NCBI GenBank assembly: GCA_030390025.1
Contig: CM059431.1
Coordinates: forward strand, 142,664,001 to 142,728,000
Direction: 5' to 3'
From: Squalus acanthias
Taxonomy: Eukaryota
Length of the DNA stretch: 64,000 bases
This document shows positions 35,201 to 46,952 of this stretch, in pieces. The notes under the pieces are model-generated. The model ran no database searches, was not told the DNA's origin, and worked only from the letters and a program-made list of their open reading frames with translations. Position numbers and translations under genes: made by a program. The stretch's first letter is position 1; the number at the start of each line of letters is the position of its first letter.

Positions 35201-38045
35201 ATGTTAGCGTAGGAACAACATCATTAAATTTAGAGTAGAATCACCACCATTACTTTCAACTAGGCACGCCTCCAGTAATGTTATTGCAGGGTCACCACCA
35301 GTAATGTTAGAATAGGGTCACCACCATTAATGTTAGTGTAGTGTCACCACCAGTAATGTTAGATTATAGTCACCATCAGTAATGTTAGAGTAGGGGCAAC
35401 AGCAGTAATGATAGAGTAAGGAAACCACCAGCAATGTTAGAGTGGGTCACCACCAGTAATGATAGAGTAGGGTCACCACCAGTAATGATACAGTCGGGTC
35501 ACCACCAGTAATGTTAGATTATAGTCACCATCAGTAATGTTAGAGTAGTGTCACCACCAGAAATTTTAGAATAGCGTCACCACCAGTAATGATAGAGGAG
35601 GGTCACCGGCAGTAATGATAGAGATGTTAGAGATGAGTTACCACCAGTAATGTTAGAGCAGTTTCACCACCAGTAATGTTACAGTTGATACACCACCAGT
35701 AATGTGAGAGCAGGTTCAACACCAGTAATGTTAGAGTTGAGACACCAGCAGTAATGTTAGAGTAGGGTCACCACCAGTAATGTTAGAGCAGGTTCACCAC
35801 CAGTAATATTAGAGCAGGTTCAGCACCAGTAATGTTAGAGCAGGTTCACCACCAGTAATGTTAGAGCAGGTTCACCACCATTAATGTTAGAGTTGGTTCA
35901 CCACCAGTAATTTTAGAGCAGGTTCACCACCAATAATGTTAGAGCAGGTTCAACACCTGTAATGTTACAGTTGAGACTCCACCAGTAATGTGAGAGTGGA
36001 GTCACCATCATTTATGATAGATTAGAGTCACCACCAGTAATGTTACAGCAGGATCACCACTAATAATGTAGGAATACGATCACTACCAGCAATAGCAGCC
36101 TAGATTCATGACATGTACTGTGAATGTAGGATCAACTTCAGTAGTGTTGCACAACAAGTAATGATAGAGTAGTGTCACCAGCAGTAATGTTAGAGTAGGG
36201 TCATCACCAGTAATGTTAGAGTAGGGTCACTACCAGTAATGTTAGAGAAGGGTCACCAACAGTAATGTTAAAGTAGTGTCACCACCAGTAATGTTAGAGT
36301 AGGGTCAACACCAGTAATGTTAGAGTCGGGTCAACACCAGTAATGTTAGAGCAGGATCACCATCAGTAATGTAAGAGAAAGTTCACCACTATTAATGTTA
36401 GAGTTGATACACCACCAGTAATGTTAGATTTGGTTCACCACCAGTAATGTTAGTGTTGAGACACCACCATTAATGTTGGAGCAGCTTCACCACCAGTAAT
36501 GTTAGAGTAGGGTCACCACCAATAACGTTAGGGTAGTGTCACCACCATTAATGTTAGAGTAGATTCAAAATCAGTAATATTAGAGTAGAATCCCCACCAG
36601 TAATGTTAGTGTTGAGACACAACCAGTAATGTCCGAGCAGGTTCACCACCAGCAATGTTAGAGTAGGGTCACCACCAGTAATGTTAGGGTTGAGACACCA
36701 CAAGTAATGTTGGAGCAGCTTCACCAGCAGTAATGGTAGAGCAGGTTCACCACCAGTAATGTTAGAGTTGAGACACCACCAGTAATGCTAGAGTAGATTC
36801 CCCACCAGTAATGTTAGAGCAGGGTCACCACCAGTAATGTTAGAGCAGGTTCACCACCAGTAATGTTAGAGTTGAGACACCATCAGTAATGTTAGAGCAA
36901 GTTCACCACCAGTAATAATAGAGTAGGGTCACCACCAGTAATGTTAGAGCAGGTTCACCGCTAGTAATGTTAGAGGTCAGACACCACCAGTAATGTTAGA
37001 GTAGGTTCTCCATCAATAATGTTAGTGTAGGGTCAACACCAGTAATGCTAGAGTAGATCCCCACCAGTAATGTTAGAACAGGGTCACCATCAGCAATGTT
37101 AGAGCAGGGTCACCACCAGTAATGTTATAGTTGAGACACCACCAGTAATGTTCGAGCAAGTTCACCACCAGTAATGTTATAGTTGAGACACCACCAGTAA
37201 TGTTAGAGCAGGTTCACCACCAGTCATGTTAGAGTAGGGTCACCACGAGTAATGATAGAGTAGGGTCACCACCAGTAATGTTAGAGTAGTGTCACCTCCA
37301 GTAATGTTAGAGTAGGGTCACCACCAGTAATGTTAGGGTTGAGACACCACCAGTAATGTTAGTGTTGAGACACCACCAGTAATGTTAGAGTAGGGTCATC
37401 ACCAGTAATGTTAGAGCAGGTTCACCAATAGTAATGTTAGAGTAGTGTCACAGCCACTAATTTTAGAGTAGGCTCACCACCAGTAATGTTAGAGTAGAAT
37501 CACCATTATTAATGTTAGATTTGAGACACAACCAGTAATGTTAGATTTGGTTCACCAAAAGTAATGTTAGAGCAGGTTCACCATAAGTAATGTTACAGTT
37601 GAGACACCACCAGTAATGTAAGAGTAGAGTCACCACCAGTAATGTTAGAGCAGGTTCACCACCAGTAATGTTAGAGTAGAGTCACCACCAGTAATGTAAG
37701 AGTAGAGTCACCACCAGTAATGTAAGAGTAGAGTCACCACCAGTAATGTTAGAGCAGGTTCACCACCAGTAATGTTAGAGCAGGTTCACCATAAGTAATG
37801 TTATAGTTGAGACACCACCAGTAATGTTAGAGTAGGGTCACCACCAGTAATGTTAGAGTAGGGTCACCAGTAGTAATGTTTGATTAGTGTCACCAGCAGT
37901 AATGTTAGAGTAGTGTTACCACCAGTAATGTTAGAGGAGGATCACCACCAGTAATGTTAGAGTAGAGTCAACACCAGTAATGTTTGAGTAGGGTCTCCAC
38001 CAGTAATGTAAGATTAAAAGCATCGTCAGTCATGTTGGAGCCGAT
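32285..38045. repeat. 26-bp satellite, main block (~220 units)
   Basis: Same unit as the left block. The central 7 nt vary among GTAGGGT, GCAGGTT, GTTGAGA and GTAGAGT. Confidence 0.98.
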
Positions 38046-38333
38046 TCATCATCATTCATCATCACAGTACAAAACAAATCGTTATACAATGGATGAGTGA
38101 CGATTTCATCAAATTAACATGTGACTTCAAGAACCTAATGCAGAGTCCGGGAAGGATGTTGCCTTCAGTTTTCACATTAGATTCACAGAGCACATTCCCT
38201 CTGGGATTACTTTCCGTTCATTCATTTTAATGGACCGAGTTTCATGGTCTGATCTGTTCAATTTCCCCAGTGGCGGCCGGGGCACACTGAATGGGAAAAT
38301 CGCTCCTTGTTTGTTAAGTGACTGTAACCAGCG

Positions 38334-38385
38334 CCAATTATTGTGTAACATGATTTTCTCACAGGGGCAGCGGCGTTCCTATAAA
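38334..38385 (+). promoter_or_regulatory. Putative promoter of the GPR139-like gene (CCAAT and TATA boxes)
   Basis: CCAAT at 38334-38338 and TATAAAGG starting at 38380, 76 bp upstream of the ATG. Confidence 0.55.
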
Positions 38386-38455
38386 GGGGGAGCACTTACG
38401 GATCGGCGATTGACTCTAGTCAATCCGCTCAATCTTCACTCAAATCTGCAAAACA

Positions 38456-38525
38456 ATGGCACGGCCAGCAATTCTAAAGATAAAGGAGATTTACTATCCT
38501 GTTCTCGCAGCCTTTGGCGTTCCCG
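38456..38525 (+). CDS. GPR139-like: GPR139-like GPCR, coding exon 1
   Basis: ATG in an ACAATGG context. Encodes MARPAILKIKEIYYPVLAAFGVP+G followed by a GTAAGT donor. The phase-1 junction matches exon 2. Confidence 0.9.
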
Positions 38526-39275
38526 GTAAGTAAATGCATCCTGTTGCCTATTTGCTGTTGACTATCTGAGTGTTAATGCAACATATTCCGAGAATGTCCT
38601 CATTGCAGATTCATTCATCCACCGGGATCAGTCGCTGAATATCAGCAGGAATCCTACCAGACCGCGCGGCCGCTGTTCTGATGGGCAGATCCTTTGTACC
38701 GGGCGCTCAACCTTCCTCCCTATACTGAGGGAGGGCGAGGCTAATTCCCCGGGCTCTCCAACCGTGCATAAATCACTAAAGAACGTGTTGCTCAGTGTCT
38801 ATAATATTCACCTCATTTGTGCCGTTGTTCCCTGTCTATATTAATGTGATAATTCCTCGGACTGCAGCCACCTCCACCCAACAGAGGACTTTGCAAGATA
38901 TTTTGAGAAATAATTTCCACTGAAGAAGATGCTCCACTCCCATCGGTAGAATTTGGACATAAATTGAACGTTTTTGTCTCAGCTGAATGTTTCATTTGTA
39001 TTATATCTTTCCATTAATTGCCGTGAAAATATTTTTAATATTTGACAAAGACTGAGTGAAGTATGCTGGAAGGATGATGGATTTTCTGTCTCTCTATATT
39101 GAATGCCCAATGAATAATTTATGTTAAACAACATACGTTAACCCTCGCCTATATTCATGATAACAATCCGTGTGCATAACCCTAAGTAGGGACACATCTG
39201 AACATTTCCCCACAAAATGCTGTGAGATTTATCTGAATGACCCCGTTACTGACCTCTTGACCCTCTTTCTCACAG

Positions 39276-40174
39276 CGAACCTACTGACAATCGTGATTCT
39301 CTCCAGAGGAAATTGCGGCCTTTCCAAATGTATCTCTGTCTACATGGTGGCCATGGCAACAGCAGATCTTCTGGTCATGATCATCAATATATTAGTGAAC
39401 CGCATTATACGTTATCACTTTCCACATTCATTCCTGTCGTTAACTGCCGTTTGTAAGATCATTATATATGTGCAATGTGTCACGTTGTATTTGTCGGTGT
39501 GGTTTACAGTCTCATTCACATTTGACCGATTTGTAGCTATATGTTGTGAGAAGTTTAAAAGCAAGTATTGCACAGTGAGAACTGCGGCCGCGGTTATAAC
39601 AACGGTCTCTGTCCTGATCTGTTTACAGAGCCTCCCTTTTTGGTTTGCATATGAACCTGAGCGAATAATTAACAATGTTCCCTGGGGTTGCCGCGCCAGA
39701 GTGGAGTTTTTCTCATCGGCTGCAGGTGTCGCGTACTACTGGTTAGAAAGCATTTCCATTGCTTGGCTTGCATTTGCTTTGATATTACTGTTTAATTGTT
39801 TGACAGTCAGACGTATTTTAGTGGCCAGTAGAGCCCGCAGGGGACTCCGGGGTCACAGCAGTGAGAATCAGAGCGATCCAGAGATGGAGAACCGAAGGAA
39901 ATCCATCATTTTACTTTTCAGTGTATCGGGCAGTTTTATACTGTTGTGGCTGACATCTGTTGTTAGTTATTTAACTACCAGACTGTCAAAAACCGCGTTT
40001 TACCGAGGCGATAATGCAGCTCCCGCATACATCGCCACAGCAACCGGGTATATGCTCATGTATTTGAGTTCCTGTTCAAACACGTGTATTTATGCAGCTA
40101 CTCAAACTAAATTCAGGGCAGAGCTGAAGAAGCTGATTAAATCTCCATGGAAGTTTATTGTTTTTCGAAAATGA
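39276..40174 (+). CDS. GPR139-like: GPR139-like class A GPCR, coding exon 2 (spliced product 322 aa)
   Basis: Branch point CTGAC, polypyrimidine tract and CAG acceptor (39274-39275). The open frame has TM1 (A)N, TM2 MATADLL, TM3 FTFDRFVAIC, TM6 FILLWLT and TM7 NTCIY. It resembles the GPR139/GPR142-like family expanded in cartilaginous fish. Confidence 0.92.
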
Positions 40175-40764
40175 AAAAAACCCCGGAAACTTCCTGTCCA
40201 AACTAGAGTTAAATTAAAATTCCCTTTTAGAACGGCCGTCTTCTGTTAGGACGGAAAGGGTTTGCTGTTGTTAAAATAAACAGGTATCAGAACAAATTTC
40301 CGTGACATTCTGCCGTGTGTTTGATGTCTGCTGCTTTCCCCGGGTGAACAGAATCGATTTTTTTCTAAAAGAGCGCCCTTCCCGCTCAAGATTCAAAGAG
40401 AACAGTCATGACTGAGCTTCAGCAGTGAAGTAGAACATGTGGGCGTCAGCATTAACTGCCTCACACCGCAGGTACTGAAATGAGACGCCCCAGTTTAATT
40501 AACAGGTAATGTTTCCTTTAGTTTAGAAACAATGTGTTACAATGGTGGTTACCTGTAATTCTGTAATCTTGGTGTGAATGTTGCAGTCGGTGGTCTACCC
40601 ATCAGAATCCGCCCCCATTGTCTCCTGGACCAATAGAACGGGGCCCTGTCTCCTGACGAGTGTCTGATGATGGAGACAGTAGGAACTTGACTCGTCAATG
40701 CGACATTAGACATCTTTGTCCGCAGATATTTACTGAAAATCTCAACTGGTCAACACAATGTTGG

Positions 40765-41100
40765 AATGTTATAATAGGGGGACAGACCATTCGGCCCAGC
40801 AGTCCTTGTTGGCGTTTTCACTCCACCCGCGGCAACTGTTCCACAAACTTTACCCGCCCGGTTTCAACATCACTTCAACCTATTTTTATTCATCCATCTA
40901 TATAATTTAATCTTCAATACATGACAATTTCTGCCTCCGTTATTTCCAGTCTCAAAACTCTCCGTGTAAAGTGGCTCCTACTAACTTTAGATCTAAATCT
41001 CTAACATATATGTATCTCTGGCCGTTAGCCCTTGATCCCTCAGCTATTGGAAGCAGTCTGCTTCTATCTATACTGCCAAGTCCCTTCTTAACTTAAATCA
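40765..41100 (-). mobile_element. Old CR1 3' fragment
   Basis: Reverse-strand CR1 tail (GACCATTCGGCCC) with degenerate C-terminal RT sequence. Confidence 0.55.
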
Positions 41101-42903
41101 CCTGGGTACCACTCGCCAAAATATATCAATCTGACGTCAAAGCACAATGTAGTGAAAGTCAGGTAAGTTTAGTTAAGATGGATAATTGATAACTTTTTCT
41201 TCGAAATGGCTGTGTCCCTTTTTATACTGAACGATGAGAAGTTTGTATTTGATAGCTTGGTCACTATCCAAAAACATCAGGACCATGCAGGGGGAGATTC
41301 TAATCAAACACCTTCATGCCCCTGGTCGTTCTATATGATAACCAAAAAGGAGAGGGATGGCTTGTATTGGATGGCTCGCGCGGCATAATCTTTGGAATCG
41401 CTGTGTGTGCAGAAGTGACATATCGTACATAAAGCAAACAGCCTGTGAAATACTTGATGAAGAATAGGTTCGAAGACATGGTCAGTCACACTGATAACAC
41501 CACTGCATGAACTGTTTAATCTGGCTCTGGAGAGTGAGAACATATGTAAAATCAAGGTGCAGGGACCTGTTCCATAGAATAGGTCGAGATAGATATATGA
41601 TGCTGATGAAAAATTGTTTAGTATTGACCATAAATATTCTAACGCCAACAAAGGATGCAATGTAAGGAAATGGTTAATCAAACCACCCGACATTCTTCTA
41701 AAGCTATACTGTATTGGGTTGTCTTTCCATTGAAGCAATGTTAACCTTTAGCCTTTTCCTGTTATGCAGGGAAGTATAAATCTACTTAAAGTACCATTGG
41801 CTGTTGGGCCAGCGCTGACGCTGCAGCAACGGTCCGTTTCAGGATGAAGTCATAAGCGATTTAATTAAACTCATGACATTGCAAAAAGATTCATCAATTT
41901 CAGGGAACTTTAATCATTTAGTAACAGTGTGGGAAGTAGTACTGCAAAGCAAGACATCCGTGCGTCTATCATCATTTTGAATTAGTACAATAGATACAGA
42001 AACAAAGACGGACTTATTACTAAATGATTCATTTGGTACAATTGCAATTATTTGAATCAAGAGTGAAACTATCGATCATATATCTCAATTAAATTATCTC
42101 TATTTGGATTTTTATTTTAAATTTGATATACTCTTGTAATGCAGGATTGTGTGGATTGTCAAGTACAGGGAATGAGAAAAATGCATGAAAACTGGCAGTT
42201 TTAATGAATATTGTTTTGGTAAAGGCCTAAGCAACTCAGAACTGTGACAAGTTTGGGTCTCCACCCAATCAATATCAGGTGTGGGTCTAATTTCTACCTT
42301 TTAAATGTTTACTTAAATAAAATTGCGTGTATTATGTGCTTAATAAATCTATGGCACTTCACTCCAATGTTCAAGAGCCTTATTGAAAATCTTACGCTAA
42401 TAAAAGCCTTTGTTTTTTAATTGTGAATGGGCTCCATTTACTTACTGTGATTAACTCTTTAACGTTCCTCTTGACACTGACATCATCCAAAAGCCAAAAT
42501 ACAATTGATTGCAGGTCCGCGGGCTCTGCCAATCCGGATGGCATCCAACTTCTGGGGAAATTGCTCATTAGATGCGGACAGTTCTGTGCAAGAATCACAT
42601 TCTCATTTATCTCGATTCAGACGACCCACAATATTTAAGGCAGGAGTCAGGCAGCAGGCGGAGGTGTTAATTCCATCAGTCAGCGATGTTCTGAACCCAG
42701 CTACAATCCTGAGAACGCGACCTGCAATCAACCACATCATCCGAACTCAACAGGTAATATAGAAAGCAAAGGCATGAATAATTAACCATTACATTACCGC
42801 GTCACATTCAATCTGATGTGGTTGTGTTTCCCCGTCCCCTGTTTCTATTTAAAATGTTTTGATACTCCCTTTGAGTTTCTCTATTTCTAATTAAACAGTT
42901 ATT

Positions 42904-43625
42904 GGCCCAAAAATTCGTGAGGAAGCCTTCGTGTGAGGGTAAGGCTTCCCCGCGATCTCTCACTGCGCGTTGGCTTTTTCAGTTCCAGCTCGCACGAACT
43001 TGATGTTCTGGACAGCTGCTGTGCTGGGCTTGCGTATCCCACAGGCGTAGTTAATTCGTGCGAGCTGTGGGATCACGTGACTCAGTTAGAGCCAATGGCA
43101 GCACACCATCTTCCATTCATAACTTTCACATAAGTGCTGTGAAAGCTATGAATCTATACCCCCCAAAAGAACAGCTAAACCTCAATTAAATTTAAAAAAA
43201 AAACCATCACATTAATAAAATAAGTATAGTTAAATAAATTAACCATTTCAAATAAAAAATTAAATTTTTGAAAAAATTTAAAATCTTTTAAAAAGTTATA
43301 AAAATAAACTTACCTGTCTTTAAAGTCTCTAAAAAAGATATACCTGTTTAAAAAAATTCAAAATAATACTTAATTCACTACTTACCTTGTTAAAAGTGGG
43401 TCTTCCTCCTCCTTTTTTTATGTGTAAAATCTTCCGTACTTACCTGCGTGTTGAAACCACTAAGCGCACTGCATGCGCGCAGCCTGTAGCAACCGCCCCC
43501 TTTTCCATTCACCAAGTGCCGGTGTTCAGCGCATGCGCAGTGCATGCAGAAAACCGGCAATTGGAGACAGAATACGCGAGAGTACGCAGTGCGTACTCTC
43601 GCGTAGCGGCACTAATGTTTGGGCC
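42904..43625 (+). mobile_element. Non-autonomous PIF/Harbinger-type MITE, copy 1
   Basis: TIRs GGCCCAAAAATT / AATGTTTGGGCC and a 3-bp TSD ATT. Removing the element restores a unit of the host minisatellite. Homologous to 61486-62250. Confidence 0.85.
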
Positions 43626-44220
43626 ATTGTGTTTCCTAGACATTGCTTGCCCTCTATTTGTTGTTAAACATTAACTGTGTTCCCCTGTCAAGTAATTCTA
43701 TATACATGGGTACTATGTTCTTGCGCCCCATTTTCTAATTAACCAGTTACTGTGTTTCCCTGACATTCCCGTCTCCTCTATTTCTAAATAAAGAGTTACT
43801 GTCTCCCCAGTTCCCCATTTCTAAATAAACAGTTACTGTGTTACCCCATGTCTCAGTTAATTCTATTTCTAATTAGACAGTTCGTTGATTACCCTGAATT
43901 TCCTTGTCCTCTATTTCTAATGCAATAGTTGCTATCTTCCCCTGTCCCCTACTTGTAAATGAAGTGTTATTGTGTTCCGCTGGTCGCTATTTCTAATATC
44001 AGTTACCATATTCCACTGTGCTCTATTTCTAATTAAACCATCACTGTGTTCCTCTATATTTCCTTTAGTCTATTTCTAATTAGCAGTTAATTTATTGCAC
44101 TTAATTTTCCTGTTCTCCATTTCTAATTAAACATTTACAGTGTTCCCCTGAATTCTCCTTTATTCGAATTCTAATTTCGCTGCCCGTGTTCCCCTGAACT
44201 CCCCTGCTCTCTAGTTTTAA
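43626..44220. repeat. Degenerate minisatellite (~35-45 bp unit; also at 42820-42903)
   Basis: Recurring CTATTTCTAATTAAACAGTTACTGTGTTCCCCTG. Confidence 0.8.
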
Positions 44221-44984
44221 TATGAAGATTAGGAAGGAAGCCTGTTCCATAGATAGACAGTCGCTCACTGAAATAATGTTTCCAGAGATTCGTTTGGAAT
44301 TTACTTCTTCAATCTCAGGCCGTGTCCTCTGGTTCCCCTGTTGTGGACAAGGTGAAACAGCTCATCATGGTCCACCTTATCTTCGTGGATTAAGAACAGT
44401 GTCTCGCATACATTCAGGTCCCGGATATTCCTGTAACCTTTGTATGTTTGTCATAGGATTGTTAATACGAAAAGTACAATTAAACTGCTGGTGTTGGGGT
44501 CAACTACAATTCAACAGTTTCAGTGGTTTACATTATATTTTAATTCAGAATCTAACAGCCTATGTCTTCGGCCTCTATATCATCCAAAGCAGACCTGTCC
44601 TGTTACTAAAATTTCACTATGAAATCTCACTTACAAACATTCTATTTCACTACAAAGTCGCTAAAAAATAAACGCTGTGAGTGTCCCGCATGATCCCATT
44701 GGATTTACTGAGGTCCGAACCGCCAGTAAAGTTCGCACCTACCTGGTGCCTCCGTACCTTCGAAGACTCGCGCTCCTGGGTCTGCAGGCCTACGCCTGAT
44801 TAAAGGCCCACATATCCCAGGAGCACATGCGGTTCATAACCGTCCCTGGGATCATGTGGGCCGGCACAACCAATCACAAAGGGGGTCGCTATTTCTAATA
44901 TCAGTTGCCATATTCCACTGTCCTTAGAAAAAATAATTCTCTAACACAATGTTTTTAGAAAAAACACTGACTTATCTTTCTGAG

Positions 44985-45580
44985 GTCCAAAGTGGATGAT
45001 CAGACACTTCCCCACATTGGAATCCATTATTCACAGTTTTGCCCACTCACATAATCCATCAATGTCCTTTTACAATTCACTGCTCCAACCTACACGGCTT
45101 ACTGTGCTCCCAACTCAGTGCCATCAGCAAACCTGGATATCCGGTTCTCTATTCCTTCATCCAAGTCATTTATCAATATAGTGAAAATCTGAGGCCGCAG
45201 TCCAGCTCCCAGGGGAAACCACTTGTCACATCCTGCCAATTGGAGCACATACCCATTATCCATACGCTGTGCCTCCTACCTCCTAGTCAAATCCCTACCC
45301 GTGTCAATACGTTGCCTCAAATTCCACGCGCTTTGGTTTTTTCTAACAGTCTCTTGTGAGGAACCTTATCAAATGCCTGCTGGATGTCGTTATATTAAAT
45401 CTAGTATATCCCTCCGGGTGTTTTAGTTTTCGTATTCTCTATGTCTCTATTAGTTATTCCTTTCCTCTACTTTGAAGACCGATACAATGCAATTATTTAA
45501 CATGTCTGCCATTTCTTTATTTTCAACTACAAAGTCGCCTGCATCGGTTTTTAAGGTGCCCTCATTATCCTGAGCCTCTC
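44985..45580 (-). mobile_element. Decayed CR1 RT fragment
   Basis: Reverse-strand similarity to the RT region of the copy at 51020-53405. Confidence 0.6.
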
Positions 45581-46349
45581 TGTGAGACCGTGAATAATTA
45601 TGTTAATGTCCATTATTTTGCTGCAGATTGAACGAAATGTTCATATGTTTGACGGGTGACAGTGAAAATATAATAGGTTTTCTGCTCTGCATGTCCTGAA
45701 CGTTTAACCTTCCCGTTTTGCGCACTGTTTTTTAAGAGTTTGGTTTAAAATATTCAGTGCGTATGAAATCTGGAATCTGCTGCAGCCGTTGTTAAATTTA
45801 AAAGGATTGTAGCCCCTTTCACACGAGAACAAACGTTCATGAGGAGCAAGTTCCCACAGATTGTTTCCGCCCGGTGTTTCCCCATTGAGGCCCAAAGAAA
45901 GTTTCCCTCACGCCTGTATCTGTAAATGCTGCTAGAAGGCTGAGTGGCCCTGATATAATCGCCCCGCCTTTTCGGGAGCCTGTGCTGGGTGTACGGGGAG
46001 ATTTGGCCCGGGCCGTGGCAGCTTGCATTCCAGGGATGGGCAGTAACCCGCTGATTGAGGCTGCATTCGCCGCTTTCCGCTGGCAGCGGGTGATTGGAGA
46101 GTGCGGGGCCGGAATGTTGCTGCTTGTCCCGGCCTCACTCACTCTGGAGCAGGGGAAGAGCGAATCTTTGATGGGCTTGTGCCCGGGTTTGAAATGCGGC
46201 TTCGAACTGCTGCTGTTGACCCAGGCAGCGCTGCAGGATCCTTCAATCATCTCTCACAATTCAACTGATATCAGCCGGAATGTGCAGCTTTGAGAGGGGC
46301 TTTCTGCACCGTCAGGACTGGTGACGGAAGCGAGTAAGAGAGATCACAG

Positions 46350-46930
46350 TGACATAGGAACAGGAGCAGACCATTCAGCCCCTCCGGCCTGTTCCGCCAT
46401 TCAAAGAGATCATGGCTGATCTGCGACCTAACTCCATATATCCGCCTTACATATCGTTTCATACCTTTACTTAACAAAAAACTATCAATCTCAGATTTAA
46501 ACTTAACAATTGACATTGCATCAACTGCCATTCGCAGAAGAGAGTTCCAAAATTCTACCACACTTTGTGCGTAGAAGTGTTTCCTAATTTCACTCCTGAA
46601 ATGTCTGTCTCTAATTTTTAGACTATGCCCCCTGCTCCTAGAATCCCCATATAGCAAAAATAGTTTCTCGCTATCTACCATATCTGTTCCCCTTATTATC
46701 TTGAAAAATTCGATCAGGTCACCCCTTAACCTTCTAAACTCTATTGAATACAACCCTAATTTATGTAATCTTTCCTCTTAACTTAACCCTTGAATTCCGG
46801 GTATAATTCTGGTAAACTTGCGCTGCACTCCCTCCCAGGCCAATATATCCCTCCTAAGTTGTGGTGTCCAGAACTGCTCACAGTACTCCAGGAGTGGTCT
46901 AACCAGGGTTTTCTATGGTTGCAGCGAACC
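46350..46930 (-). mobile_element. CR1 LINE 3' fragment
   Basis: ORF 46271-46753 reads YSIEFRRLRGDLIE...RKHFYAQSVVEFWNSL, followed by the 3' UTR. Confidence 0.9.
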
Positions 46931-46952
46931 TACATACAGAGGTACAGAGACA

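Noticed and set aside
24165..38045. CRISPR-like regular repeats
   Set aside because: The units are head-to-tail 26-mers with only a few recurring variants. There are no unique spacers and no cas genes, and the context is eukaryotic.
39170..39275. N-terminal 35 aa of the 334-aa ORF as the true protein start
   Set aside because: This is intron sequence that happens to be open. It has a GTG start and contains the branch point, pyrimidine tract and acceptor. The real start is in exon 1 at 38456.
41200..41750. Ancient LINE remnant (TPLHELFNLAL, ILLKLYCIG)
   Set aside because: The motifs are too sparse to call with confidence without an HMM search.
44222..46293. ORFs of 100-150 aa (44222, 45039, 45837, 45982)
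   Set aside because: No recognisable domains or splice context, and they overlap repeat-derived sequence.
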